NCBI GenBank assembly: GCA_021463645.1
Contig: JAJTYI010000009.1
Coordinates: 189,269-253,268, forward strand
DNA length: 64,000 nt
Reading direction: 5' to 3'
Origin: a bacterium
Lineage (GTDB): Bacteria; Patescibacteriota; Dojkabacteria; B142; OLB20
This document shows positions 28,105-38,233 of this stretch, piece after piece. The notes under the pieces were generated by a model. The model was not told the DNA's origin. It did no database searches and saw only the letters and a list, made by a program, of their open reading frames with translations. Each line of letters begins with the position of its first letter. Positions within the stretch are counted from its first letter, which is position 1. Both the position numbers and the translations under genes were made by a program.

Positions 28105-28797
28105 ATGTACGTTGACCAAACAAAAAAGAAGAAAATAATTATTGTGTTTTTGCTTTTGTATTTCTTCACACTTGGGCTTACAACCGCACTTGTGAAATTC
28201 TATCAATCGAAAGTCGAATCTTATGCTAACATCACTTCAGATAATACCGAAATTACTGCACATGGCAATAGACCTAATCTCGAAATCCTTGGTATTTATA
28301 ATTCAGTTACACTAACACCAACACCCATTAACAACCCAGACAATATTGCGCAAGTTAAAAATAATTCTGCACAGAAATCTACTAATACAATCGTTCAAAA
28401 CAATCCTGTTTCTATAGACAAAAGTGAAATTTATACTTTGGTAAATGAATACAGGAAATCTAAAGGTCTAGAAGAAGTCGTAGTAGACTCGAGGCTTGAA
28501 ACTAGCTCCTTGAATAAGGCGAATCACATGGTCACAAATAATTATTTTGATCACGGTAATCCTTGGTTATTTATTAGTGACGCAGGATATAAATTCAAAT
28601 ATGCCTCAGAAAACCTAGCCGTAAATTACTATTCAAGCTCTTCTATAATCAGAGGTTGGAAGGAGAGTCCTAGTCACAACAGAGCAATGCTCGATAATAG
28701 GAACCAACATATGGGATTTGCATATTTATGTGAGATAAACATATCCTCATACGAGAATACATGCCTCGCCGTTATTCACTTTGGAAGTGAAAATTAA
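28105..28797 (+). CDS. CAP (SCP) domain protein with N-terminal TM helix
   Basis: LVNEYRKSKGL, KANHM-x3-NYFDH, SENLA, GWKESPSHNRAML. Confidence 0.9.
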   Translation: MYVDQTKKKKIIIVFLLLYFFTLGLTTALVKFYQSKVESYANITSDNTEITAHGNRPNLEILGIYNSVTLTPTPINNPDNIAQVKNNSAQKSTNTIVQNNPVSIDKSEIYTLVNEYRKSKGLEEVVVDSRLETSSLNKANHMVTNNYFDHGNPWLFISDAGYKFKYASENLAVNYYSSSSIIRGWKESPSHNRAMLDNRNQHMGFAYLCEINISSYENTCLAVIHFGSEN

Positions 28798-28832
28798 CAT
28801 TCTGTTATAATTCTGAAATTAATAATTTTCAA

Positions 28833-30647
28833 ATGAAGAAATCCGAATTAAATCTGGCCAAAGGAGTAGTGTGGGATTTAGGCAATCTATATAAAGGTAT
28901 AGACGACCCCAGAATTACACAAGACCTGAAAGAAATCGACATCAAATCTAATCAATTTGAAAAAAACTACAGGGGTAAAATCTCAGAGGGAAAACTTACC
29001 CCCCTTGAATTGAAAGAGTCAATAATTTTATACGAAGATATTCTCACCTCTGTTGCCTCATATGGATCCTTCGCCGGTTTACTTCAGGCAAAAGATTCGG
29101 TCACGGATAAGATTAATCACTTCTATCAAAAAGCGGATGAGTATACGAATACAATCTCTAATAAATTGATGTTCTTTGAGTTAGAAATCCTCGAAATCCC
29201 AGAGAACTCAATTAACAAATATCTTGAAAGTCCTGAATTAGAAAATTATAAACAATTCCTTACAAGAATCCTGAAGTTTAAAAGCCATACATTAAAAGAA
29301 AACGAGGAAATAATTATTAATAAAAAGAATCAAACTGGTGCAAGTGCATTTATAAGACTTTATGATCAAATTAGTGCAGAGCTTGAATTCCCATTAGAGA
29401 TTGATAACAAGATCAAGAATTACAACTATTCTGAAATAACGAATATTCTTTCTGGCAATAAAGATAGAGGGCTTAGAGAATCTTCTGCAAAATCGATCAC
29501 AAGTGTCTATAAAAAGAACGCACGTACGTTTGCCTTTATTTTGAACACCCTAGTACACGACAAAAAAATTACAGATGATATTCGAAGTTATAAATTCCCT
29601 CAAGAATCCACCTTCCTAAGCGATGAGGTTGATGCCAAAACTGTTGAATCAATGACGGATACCATTAAGGCAAACTATGACCTGAGTGAGAAGTTTTATA
29701 TAACTAAAAGTAAAATTCTCGGTAAAGAACTCTTTGAGTGGGATCGTTATTCAATCATATATCCTGAGGTTGAAGAACCAGTTTATACATATGAAAAAGC
29801 TAAGAATTTAATTTTAAACGCTTTTATGGAATTCTCACCTGTTTTTCACGAAATCGCGAAAAAATTTTTCGACAATAACTGGATTGATGCAGAACTTTCA
29901 AAGGGCAAGAAATCGGGAGCCTTTTGTGCATACACTGTGCCTTCGAAAAACCCCTACATCCTTACAAATTTCACGGGAAAGGCAAATGATGTACGAACCT
30001 TAGCTCACGAACTTGGTCATGCGATACATGGATATTTGAGTAGAGAGCAGACATTATTGAATTTTTGGCCTGTGACACCATTCGCTGAGATTGCGAGCAT
30101 TTTCTGCGAAAACCTAGTTTTTAGGAAAATTTTCGAATCAACCCATGACAATAAACAAAAGATAAATTTACTCGGTGGAAGATTACAAGAAATCTTCGCT
30201 ACGATTTTCAGACAGAATGCCTTTTATCTGTATGAATCAGAACTACATAAACTCAGGAGAGAGAAGGGTGAACTCAGCGTAGATGAATTCAGCGAAAATT
30301 TCCAAAAATTCTTACAACCTATGTTTGGAGAAGGTTTAAAGTTATCCGAAGGTCATAAATATTGGTGGATAGCAATTGCTCATTTCTATCATTACAATTT
30401 TTATGTCTTCTCTTACGCTTTCGGACAATCATTGAGTAATGCATTATATGGTCATTACCTTGATGATGGAGATGATTTCACGGATAAATATATCGAAGTA
30501 TTAAAAAAGGGTAGTTCTATAGAATTAAACGAATTGATAAAAATGCTTAATGTCGACATTCATCGACAAAGTTTTTGGGATGAAGGGTTAGAACCAATTT
30601 CAGAATATATTAAAGAGTTTGAAAATCTTACTAAACTCGAATTATAA
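28833..30647 (+). CDS. pepF: Oligoendopeptidase F (M3B family)
   Basis: WDLGNLY, WID, GKKSGAFC, TLAHELGHAIH, AEIASIFCE, HFY-x3-FYVFSYAFG. Confidence 0.93.
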   Translation: MKKSELNLAKGVVWDLGNLYKGIDDPRITQDLKEIDIKSNQFEKNYRGKISEGKLTPLELKESIILYEDILTSVASYGSFAGLLQAKDSVTDKINHFYQKADEYTNTISNKLMFFELEILEIPENSINKYLESPELENYKQFLTRILKFKSHTLKENEEIIINKKNQTGASAFIRLYDQISAELEFPLEIDNKIKNYNYSEITNILSGNKDRGLRESSAKSITSVYKKNARTFAFILNTLVHDKKITDDIRSYKFPQESTFLSDEVDAKTVESMTDTIKANYDLSEKFYITKSKILGKELFEWDRYSIIYPEVEEPVYTYEKAKNLILNAFMEFSPVFHEIAKKFFDNNWIDAELSKGKKSGAFCAYTVPSKNPYILTNFTGKANDVRTLAHELGHAIHGYLSREQTLLNFWPVTPFAEIASIFCENLVFRKIFESTHDNKQKINLLGGRLQEIFATIFRQNAFYLYESELHKLRREKGELSVDEFSENFQKFLQPMFGEGLKLSEGHKYWWIAIAHFYHYNFYVFSYAFGQSLSNALYGHYLDDGDDFTDKYIEVLKKGSSIELNELIKMLNVDIHRQSFWDEGLEPISEYIKEFENLTKLEL

Positions 30648-30727
30648 CCAAAAACTTAGTTCCAAATTCATTTACTTGAAGTTATAAGCTGACATGCCTA
30701 TAATCAAATGATTGATAGATAAATCAT

Positions 30728-31951
30728 ATGCAAATAAATACAGATTCAAATAGTATTAATAAATTCCTAGATCACAAGATAGATCAAATCTATCCATCCT
30801 CCGAAGAACTTAGGAAGAGATTGGAATCAGGCGAACGATTAAAATTCTACATAGGTGCTGATGCTACTGGACCAAACCTGCATCTTGGACATTTGATTCC
30901 AATTCTCAAGCTTAAGGAATTGCAACAAATGGGTCATGAAATAATATTTTTAGTAGGGGATTTCACTGCAAGACTAGGGGACCCAACAGATAAGTCGGAA
31001 ACACGTAAATTGCTCTCAAAAGAAGAAGTCGAAGAAAATTCCAAAGAATACCAAAAGCAAATTGCAAAATATATCGACTTTGAAGGTTCTGACAATCCTG
31101 CTCGAATTGTATTTAATTCTACATGGAATGAGAAACTATCTTTAAGTGACGTTATTAAACTCGCATCTCACACCACAGTCCAGCAAATGCTTGAGCGGGA
31201 TATGTTCGAAGAAAGGATAAAAAGTAATAAGCCAATTTTTCTTCATGAATTCCTTTATCCTCTTATCCAAGGTTATGATTCTGTGGAACTTGAGGTTGAT
31301 GGTGAGTTCGGAGGTAGAGATCAGACTTTTAATATGTTGATGGGAAGGACTTTGATGAAAGCCTACAAGAACAAAGACAAGTTCGTTCTAACAACTCACT
31401 TCCTACTTTCTGCGGATGGTGTTAATAAAATGAGCAAGAGCATCGGAAACTGTATCTTCATAAACGATAGTGCTGAAACGAAGTATGCTAAGGTGATGAG
31501 CATTCCTGATGATTTAATCATCCATTACTACAAACTTGCTACAAACAAAACTCTCGAAGAAATTGAAGTTATTGAAAATCGCCTAAAAACCGAAAATGAT
31601 CCGATGAAGATCAAAAAAGAACTTGCTTATGAAATCACCGAAATTCACGAAGGTGAAGAACCAGCAAAAAGAGCAGAGCAATTCTTCACTAATACCGTAC
31701 AAAATAATTTAGCACCTGAGACAACAGACACATTTTCTGTATCAAATTTTTCAAGTGACACCCCAACACTTAAGGAAATAATAACATCAACAAACTCTGT
31801 TGAAAGTAATGCAGAAGCAAAAAGATTGATCAGAGCGAACGCAGTGGAGATAAATGGAGAAGTTGAAACTGATATAAATAAACAATTTGAACGAAAAAAC
31901 CTTCAATTCCTACGAGTAGGGAAGAAATTTTGGATTAAATTTATTGATTAA
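30728..31951 (+). CDS. tyrS: Tyrosine-tRNA ligase
   Basis: GADATG-x2-LHLGH, GDFTA-x2-GDP, EFLYPLIQGYD, GGRDQ, KMSKS, C-terminal S4 domain. Confidence 0.97.
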   Translation: MQINTDSNSINKFLDHKIDQIYPSSEELRKRLESGERLKFYIGADATGPNLHLGHLIPILKLKELQQMGHEIIFLVGDFTARLGDPTDKSETRKLLSKEEVEENSKEYQKQIAKYIDFEGSDNPARIVFNSTWNEKLSLSDVIKLASHTTVQQMLERDMFEERIKSNKPIFLHEFLYPLIQGYDSVELEVDGEFGGRDQTFNMLMGRTLMKAYKNKDKFVLTTHFLLSADGVNKMSKSIGNCIFINDSAETKYAKVMSIPDDLIIHYYKLATNKTLEEIEVIENRLKTENDPMKIKKELAYEITEIHEGEEPAKRAEQFFTNTVQNNLAPETTDTFSVSNFSSDTPTLKEIITSTNSVESNAEAKRLIRANAVEINGEVETDINKQFERKNLQFLRVGKKFWIKFID

Positions 31952-31958
31952 ACATAAA

Positions 31959-32090
31959 ATGGCAAAAATCAAAAGCATATTAAGAACATCATACAAAAAA
32001 AATATCACGTTATTGAAATGGATATTTTCGATTGTAGTCATACTAGGGATAGTAGTCGTACCAATACTTTCCGCAGTTCTAAGTATTTAA
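31959..32090 (+). CDS. Small single-pass membrane protein (43 aa)
   Basis: Manual translation MAKIKSILRTSYKKNITLLKWIFSIVVILGIVVVPILSAVLSI*; fills the tyrS-recG gap with 7- and 3-nt spacers. Below the ORF-track cutoff. Confidence 0.65.
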   Translation: MAKIKSILRTSYKKNITLLKWIFSIVVILGIVVVPILSAVLSI

Positions 32091-32093
32091 AAA

Positions 32094-34049
32094 ATGCATC
32101 TTACTGATAATATAAATAGCTTGCCCGGTGTAGGGTATAGATATGCTGCACTGTTATCCCTATTAGGAATTGAAACTGTTAAGGACCTCCTAAATTACTT
32201 CCCATCGTATTATAAAGACTCATCCACTGTAGGTATGTTGTCAGAATTGGACAAAATCCAGAAGAGGACCGTAAATGCCACTCTGGTAAAATTAAAAAAT
32301 ATTCGCCTTAGAAATGGAAAGTTTATCCAAAAAGGAACGCTGACTGATGGGGAAGTTGAACTAAATGTTACCTGGTTTAACCAACCGTACCTCACAAAGT
32401 CATTAGTTCCACCAATAGATTTACTTATTAGTGGTAAATTAAACCCCAAAAGCACAAAACCTGAATTAACTTCTCCTGAATACGAAATTGTTAGAAGCGG
32501 TGATTATGAAAATATTCATATTGGCAGAATCGTGCCTGCATATCCTCTTACAAAAGGTATCACATCAAAATGGTTGAGGGTAAAAATTAAATATCTAATA
32601 GATAACATAGATCAAATTGAAGATCTCGTAGACCAGTTACCACTTATCATCAGAGAGAAATACAAACTTCTCGAGCTTACCGACGCATTAAAATTTATCC
32701 ATTTCCCCCAAGAAAGCAAGGATATCACCGAGGCAAGAAGAAGACTTGGCTTTGATGAATTACTTAATATCCAAAAAATACTAATTGAAAATAGCCTTAA
32801 GATAAAGACTCAACCAGCTTTTAGTATCTCCATAAATAATGGAACAATGGAGAAGATTAAAACCAAACTGCCATTCACACTTACCGAAAGTCAGAATACC
32901 ACGATTGAAGAAATCCATAACGATATTGGCAAACCTCATCCTATGAGAAGACTTCTCCAAGGAGATGTAGGTAGTGGAAAGACCATTGTTGCACTTTTAG
33001 GACTGCTACCAGTGTTGGAGAATGGGTATCAAGTTGTTTTACTTGCACCTACAGGGATTCTTGCTCAACAACATTATCAGAGCATTTCGAAATTACTAGA
33101 TAAGAAATACAAAATTAGTCTGATAACAAAAGAGACTTACAATGAACTTGAAACAAAAAGTCAATTACTCATTGGAACACATGCCATACTTAAGCACAAA
33201 AGTGAATTGATTCATAATCTGGCAATGGTGATTATTGACGAACAACATAGATTTGGAGTTGAACAGAGAAGAGAGCTTCTTGAACTTAAATCGAATAACA
33301 AAGTTCCTCACCTCCTTCAGCTCACAGCAACACCAATCCCACGAACCGTTGCATTGACGTTATTTGGTGACTATCAAGTAAGTAAGATTTATCCACCAAA
33401 GGAAAGAAAAATGATACGCACATTTTTGGTCCCGGAGCAAAAACGAGCAGACTCTTATGATTGGATAAAGAACGTCGTAAACAATAAAGGGCAGGCATTT
33501 TGGATTTTCCCAGCGATTGAAGAATCTGAGAAGATGCAAATTAAGAACCTAGAACAATCATATCCAATTATAGAAAAACTGTTCAATGAATTTCAATCCG
33601 ATGTCATTCATGGGAAAATCAAAGCAGATATAAAAGATAAAAAAATTGAACAGTTTGCCAAAGGGAAAACACAAATTCTGGTTTCAACAACTGTTGTAGA
33701 AGTTGGAATAGATATCCCAGGTGCAAATCTCATAATAATTGAGTCTGCAGAACGCTTTGGACTAGCCCAGTTGCATCAATTGAGGGGTAGGGTAGGTCGT
33801 AATAATCAAAATGCATGCTGTTTGTTGTATTTCAATGAAAATAAAGAAGAAGTACGTAATAGACTAGAATTCTTTGCAAAAAACACAGATGGCATTAAAA
33901 TAGCAGAGTACGATTTAAATAGAAGAGGACCTGGAGAAGTTTACGGAATTCAGCAGTCGGGTCTTCCAAACTTGAAAATCGCTAGATTTAGTAACCTGGA
34001 ACAATTAAAGCAAGTTCAAGAAGCATCTGAAATTTTATATAGAAAGTAA
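32094..34049 (+). CDS. recG: ATP-dependent DNA helicase RecG
   Basis: WFNQPY, MRRLLQGDVGSGKT, IIDEQHRFGV, TATPIPRT, AERFGLAQLHQLRGRVGR, RGPGE-x2-G-x-QQSG. Confidence 0.97.
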   Translation: MHLTDNINSLPGVGYRYAALLSLLGIETVKDLLNYFPSYYKDSSTVGMLSELDKIQKRTVNATLVKLKNIRLRNGKFIQKGTLTDGEVELNVTWFNQPYLTKSLVPPIDLLISGKLNPKSTKPELTSPEYEIVRSGDYENIHIGRIVPAYPLTKGITSKWLRVKIKYLIDNIDQIEDLVDQLPLIIREKYKLLELTDALKFIHFPQESKDITEARRRLGFDELLNIQKILIENSLKIKTQPAFSISINNGTMEKIKTKLPFTLTESQNTTIEEIHNDIGKPHPMRRLLQGDVGSGKTIVALLGLLPVLENGYQVVLLAPTGILAQQHYQSISKLLDKKYKISLITKETYNELETKSQLLIGTHAILKHKSELIHNLAMVIIDEQHRFGVEQRRELLELKSNNKVPHLLQLTATPIPRTVALTLFGDYQVSKIYPPKERKMIRTFLVPEQKRADSYDWIKNVVNNKGQAFWIFPAIEESEKMQIKNLEQSYPIIEKLFNEFQSDVIHGKIKADIKDKKIEQFAKGKTQILVSTTVVEVGIDIPGANLIIIESAERFGLAQLHQLRGRVGRNNQNACCLLYFNENKEEVRNRLEFFAKNTDGIKIAEYDLNRRGPGEVYGIQQSGLPNLKIARFSNLEQLKQVQEASEILYRK

Positions 34050-34052
34050 ATT

Positions 34053-34835
34053 ATGACAATTTTTCAATCTATAATATTAGGAATTGTACAAGGAATCACA
34101 GAGTTCTTACCTATTTCGAGTTCAGCGCATTTGGTATTAATTCCCGAGTTATTTAATTGGGGTGAACATTCACTAACCTTTGACATCGTAGCACACGCCG
34201 GGACATTGCTTGCGATAATCATATACTACAGAAAACGCCTTATATCGATTTTCAAATCTTTACTAGAACACCGAAAAGAATGCAAATATACGAAATTAAT
34301 TATCAATTTAATACTCACCACCATACCCACAGTAATCATTTACTTTTTATTGAATGACCTGATTGAAAGTACACTAGGAAGTACGCGGGTTATTCAGTTC
34401 ACGTTAATTATTGGAGGTATTTTGTTACTTATTGCAGATATTTATTCGAAAAGAAATAAAGAAACTGCTCAAATTACCCATTTATCTGCAACTTTAGTCG
34501 GGGTAGGGCAGGGTTTAAGCTTGATCCGTGGAATGTCTAGGTCCGGGACTATGTTGACTCTAGGTTTATTCTTCAAAATAGAGAGGAAAAAACTCGTTGA
34601 ATATGTTTTCCTTGCAAGTATTCCTATAATTTCGGCAGGTTTACTTTTGAAATCCATAGAATATGTAGGTAATCCGACAGGGGAGGGGATTGCAATTTTA
34701 TTTTTTGGCTTTTTAAGTTCCTTTTTAAGCGGAATATTCGCAATTAAATTACTGAACAAACTAATCGATAAAAACATCATAATGATAAGTGCCATCTACA
34801 GAATCATATTAGCTTTACTATTAATACTGATATGA
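34053..34835 (+). CDS. uppP: Undecaprenyl-diphosphate phosphatase (BacA)
   Basis: GIVQGITEFLPISSSAHL, HAGT, GMSRSG. Confidence 0.95.
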   Translation: MTIFQSIILGIVQGITEFLPISSSAHLVLIPELFNWGEHSLTFDIVAHAGTLLAIIIYYRKRLISIFKSLLEHRKECKYTKLIINLILTTIPTVIIYFLLNDLIESTLGSTRVIQFTLIIGGILLLIADIYSKRNKETAQITHLSATLVGVGQGLSLIRGMSRSGTMLTLGLFFKIERKKLVEYVFLASIPIISAGLLLKSIEYVGNPTGEGIAILFFGFLSSFLSGIFAIKLLNKLIDKNIIMISAIYRIILALLLILI

Positions 34836-35320
34836 AGAATTTCCCTGTCAAAGTATTACTCGAAGATATTCGATCTGCGTTCAATGTCGGTTCAATTTTT
34901 CGTACTTCAGATGCAGCAGGAATAGAAGAGTTAATTCTTACAGGGATTACACCGTACCCACCTCACAATAGAATACCTAAGACAGCCTTAGGAGCGACGG
35001 AATCGGTTAAATGGCAATATATCCCAGATAAAATAAAAGCTATTGAGTATTGCCAAGAAACGACAGAAATAATAGGCGTTGAAATAACAGATGACGCTGT
35101 GAGCTACTTCGAGACAGACTTTAGAAAACCTATTACTCTTGTTTTTGGAAACGAAATCTCTGGAGTGAGTCAAGATTTATTAAGTAAATGTAAAAAAGTG
35201 GTTAAAATCCCTATGCATGGCACCAAACACTCACTAAATATTGCTACTAGTTACGGCATAGTGGTATACGAGATAGTCCGCCAATGGACCATTCCCACAA
35301 ATTCGCGCGAAAACAACTAA
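34832..35320 (+). CDS. SpoU/TrmH family RNA methyltransferase
   Basis: IRSAFNVGSIFRTSDA, KTALGA, LVFGNE-x2-GV, IPMHG-x-KHSLNI. Confidence 0.92.
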   Translation: MKNFPVKVLLEDIRSAFNVGSIFRTSDAAGIEELILTGITPYPPHNRIPKTALGATESVKWQYIPDKIKAIEYCQETTEIIGVEITDDAVSYFETDFRKPITLVFGNEISGVSQDLLSKCKKVVKIPMHGTKHSLNIATSYGIVVYEIVRQWTIPTNSRENN

Positions 35321-35396
35321 CAACAAATCAATCCCAACTATGCAAATTACAAAAAACATGGCAAACGTGCTATAATAGAGCATATCCGTAACACCC

Positions 35397-35579
35397 ATGA
35401 ATAATTATAAAGTTTTGCACAACTTATCATTATTTTCATTACTAGCTTTTGTGGCATGCATCGCCATAATACTTACTGGTTTTGCTTTCAGATCTAATGT
35501 GATCTTTTCTACCGGTTTAGTATTGCTAGTGACAACTGTTCCGACATTAATTATATTAAGAGTAAGTTTATTCAATTAA
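35397..35579 (+). CDS. Small membrane protein (two TM helices)
   Basis: 60-aa hydrophobic ORF after a TGcTATAAT promoter-like motif; 3 nt from rsmD. Confidence 0.6.
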   Translation: MNNYKVLHNLSLFSLLAFVACIAIILTGFAFRSNVIFSTGLVLLVTTVPTLIILRVSLFN

Positions 35580-35582
35580 TTC

Positions 35583-36140
35583 ATGTCGAGAATTACTGCC
35601 GGAAATGCCAAAAACACCAAGTTATTGGTTGCAGATGGGATTACCAGGCCAATCACAGACAGAATAAAAATCTCCCTTTTCGACACCCTTAGTCCAGTAT
35701 TAGCAAATGCCAATTGTCTGGATTTGTTTGCAGGAAGTGGAGCAATTGGTCTCGAAGCACTTAGTCGTGGGGCGAAACATGTAACCTTTGTAGAGAATGA
35801 TTCCGAAGCAATTGAATTGATTTTAGAAAACGGAAAAAAAACTAACCTAGAGAATCAAATTGATGTGCTTGAGATGAGAGTTCAGGATTATCTGAAGAAT
35901 TGTAGGAATCGATTTGAACTAATTTTTATTGACCCGCCATTCCCATTAAAACTAGAGGAGAAATTAGAAGTTGTTAAATCATCATTAATGGTAACGAAAG
36001 TAGATGGTTACATTATTTTTAGATATCCGAGCAAAGAAATTTATCCCGAAACAATTAATATAAACGCATTAATTGGTCAGAATGTTTGGCAAAAGAAGTA
36101 CGGATTGAGTAAAATTACTATCTTTGAACGAACTAATTAA
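35583..36140 (+). CDS. rsmD: 16S rRNA m2G966 methyltransferase
   Basis: RITAG, TRPITDRIK-x-SLF, LDLFAGSGAIGLEALSRGA, FIDPPF, KKYG. Confidence 0.93.
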   Translation: MSRITAGNAKNTKLLVADGITRPITDRIKISLFDTLSPVLANANCLDLFAGSGAIGLEALSRGAKHVTFVENDSEAIELILENGKKTNLENQIDVLEMRVQDYLKNCRNRFELIFIDPPFPLKLEEKLEVVKSSLMVTKVDGYIIFRYPSKEIYPETININALIGQNVWQKKYGLSKITIFERTN

Positions 36141-36217
36141 GCTAAATGCGCAGGAATCATTTATTTTGCAATGCTTCTATGATAAAATAGTTCGAGTTTA
36201 TTGATTAATATAGATAA

Positions 36218-36397
36218 ATGGGAGCATTACCAAAAAGAAAAATTTCGAAACAAAGAAAAAACCAAAGAAGGGCACACCATGCTCTTACTGAACCTACACT
36301 TACAACTTGTAAAGAATGTGGTTCAAAACGACTTACACACAATGTTTGTCCGAAATGTGGCACATTCAAAGGTGTAAAAGTATTAAAAGTTAGTTAA
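36218..36397 (+). CDS. rpmF: 50S ribosomal protein L32 (zinc-ribbon form)
   Basis: Manual translation MGALPKRKISKQRKNQRRAHH...CKECG...HNVCPKCGTFKG (59 aa). Absent from the ORF track. Confidence 0.96.
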   Translation: MGALPKRKISKQRKNQRRAHHALTEPTLTTCKECGSKRLTHNVCPKCGTFKGVKVLKVS

Positions 36398-36408
36398 ATA
36401 TACAATCT

Positions 36409-36852
36409 GTGCAAGATTCCCGACATAACGCTAGAATTTTAGCTCTCCAGCAACTTTTCGAACTCTATTTTCACAAACAAAATCTAGACCAAAACGATAA
36501 AAATACTGAACTATTTCCAATTAATAAAATTTTGGAAGAAGATGAAATCAAAGATTACGATAAAGCCTTGTTTCGTGAGCTTATAGAGGGGATGCCAGTT
36601 AATGAGATACAAATTGATGAAATTATTGAAGTACTAGCTCCAGAATGGCCAATTGATAAAATTGCCACTATGGATTTACAAATTCTTCGTATAGCGATTC
36701 TCGAGGGGTTCATATTAAATATCACACCAGAAAAAGTTGCGATAGATGAAGCTATTGAGCTCACAAAAGAATTTAGTAATGACCAAAGTAGGAAATTCAT
36801 CAGTGGAGTACTAGGCAACCTAATTGAAAATAAATCGAAATACATAAAATGA
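36409..36852 (+). CDS. nusB: Transcription antitermination factor NusB
   Basis: RHNARILALQQLF, APEWP, DLQILR, PEKVAIDEAIEL-x-KEF, FISGVLG; GTG start. Confidence 0.95.
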   Translation: MQDSRHNARILALQQLFELYFHKQNLDQNDKNTELFPINKILEEDEIKDYDKALFRELIEGMPVNEIQIDEIIEVLAPEWPIDKIATMDLQILRIAILEGFILNITPEKVAIDEAIELTKEFSNDQSRKFISGVLGNLIENKSKYIK

Positions 36853-37562
36853 AAAACACAAAAAACCTTTCTGAGCTAGAATTAAAACTCGGAATCAAAT
36901 TTATAAACAAAAAACTACTTAAAACGGCATTAACACACAGATCCTATCTAAATGAGAATCATTCTGAAGATATTGAAAACAATGAAAGACTAGAGTTCCT
37001 GGGTGATGCAGTACTTGAACTAATTACTACCGAATATCTATTCCTACAGCACCCACAACGCCCTGAAGGGGAACTTACCAGCTTTCGCTCAGCACTTGTA
37101 AAAACGACGAGCCTGGGCGACACAGCTTTAGAATTAACAATAGGGGAGTATATTTTAATGAGCAAAGGTGAAGAAGTTACCGGGGGTAGAACCAGGCCTT
37201 ATATTCTTGCGAATACCTTCGAATCCATACTCGGAGCAATCTATCTTGACCAAGGGTACAAAATCGCTAGAAATTTCGTCATTGAAAAATTATTTCCCAA
37301 ATTAAATGAGATTATCGAAAATAGACTTGATATTGATTCAAAATCAAAATTACAGGAACTTTCTCAAGAAGTACTTAATTTCACACCAATATATGAGTTG
37401 AAATCCGCAGTCGGACCGGACCATGACAAAGAATTTATAATGTCTGTAAAAATTGTAAATAGAGTATTTGGAGAAGGTAAAGGTAAAAGTAAACAAGAAG
37501 CTGAACAAAATGCAGCTCAACATGCTTTAGATCATTGGCAGGATTTGGTCTCTCAAACTTGA
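36849..37562 (+). CDS. rnc: Ribonuclease III
   Basis: ALTHRSY, NERLEFLGDAVL, FESILGAIYLDQG, C-terminal dsRBD. Confidence 0.97.
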   Translation: MKNTKNLSELELKLGIKFINKKLLKTALTHRSYLNENHSEDIENNERLEFLGDAVLELITTEYLFLQHPQRPEGELTSFRSALVKTTSLGDTALELTIGEYILMSKGEEVTGGRTRPYILANTFESILGAIYLDQGYKIARNFVIEKLFPKLNEIIENRLDIDSKSKLQELSQEVLNFTPIYELKSAVGPDHDKEFIMSVKIVNRVFGEGKGKSKQEAEQNAAQHALDHWQDLVSQT

Positions 37563-37616
37563 GAGAGGGGAGATAATCTGCTACAATTCATTTCCTTTTT
37601 AATTTAATAAAAAATA

Positions 37617-37982
37617 ATGGTAAAAATACGATTAGCTAGATTTGGTAAGAAAAAACAACCTGCATACAGAGTTGTTGTAACTAATGCCAGAACAAAAAGA
37701 AATACTTTAGCTTTGGAATATTTAGGTTCATACGATCCTTTCGCTAAAAAAGACAAATTCAAAATTGATCAAGACAGATATAATTACTGGATTGAAAATG
37801 GTGCACAACCAACATATACCGTAAAATCACTTATGGTGATTAACGGATTGATAAAAGCAGACATCAAAAGACCAGCAGTCAAGAAAACTGAAACTAAAAA
37901 AGCAGAAAAAGTTGAAGTGAAAAAAGAAAAAGCTGAAGTTGTAGTAGATTCAAAAGAAGAAAAAGCTAAATCAGATAAATAA
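37617..37982 (+). CDS. rpsP: 30S ribosomal protein S16
   Basis: MVKIRLARFGKKKQPAYRVVV, LGSYDP, GAQPT; K/E-rich tail. Confidence 0.97.
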   Translation: MVKIRLARFGKKKQPAYRVVVTNARTKRNTLALEYLGSYDPFAKKDKFKIDQDRYNYWIENGAQPTYTVKSLMVINGLIKADIKRPAVKKTETKKAEKVEVKKEKAEVVVDSKEEKAKSDK

Positions 37983-37991
37983 CAAAATAAA

Positions 37992-38225
37992 ATGCTAGAA
38001 CTCCTTCATTACATAGTGACTAAAATTGTATCTAATCCCGATGATGTAAAAATCGAGACTCAAGAGGAAGATAAAGACCATATAGTTTACATTCTTAAGT
38101 TGCCCGAAGAGGAAAGAGGGGTAGTTATAGGGAAAGGCGGAATGAATATTCGAGCTATCCGAAATATATTGAGCATTATTGCAAAAAGGGAAAACAAAAG
38201 AGTGTACATCAAGGTCGCAGACTAA
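37992..38225 (+). CDS. khpA: KH domain RNA-binding protein KhpA/YlqC
   Basis: IVSNPDDV, GVVIGKGG-x-NIRAIR; directly after rpsP. Confidence 0.9.
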   Translation: MLELLHYIVTKIVSNPDDVKIETQEEDKDHIVYILKLPEEERGVVIGKGGMNIRAIRNILSIIAKRENKRVYIKVAD

Positions 38226-38233
38226 AATCTCAT

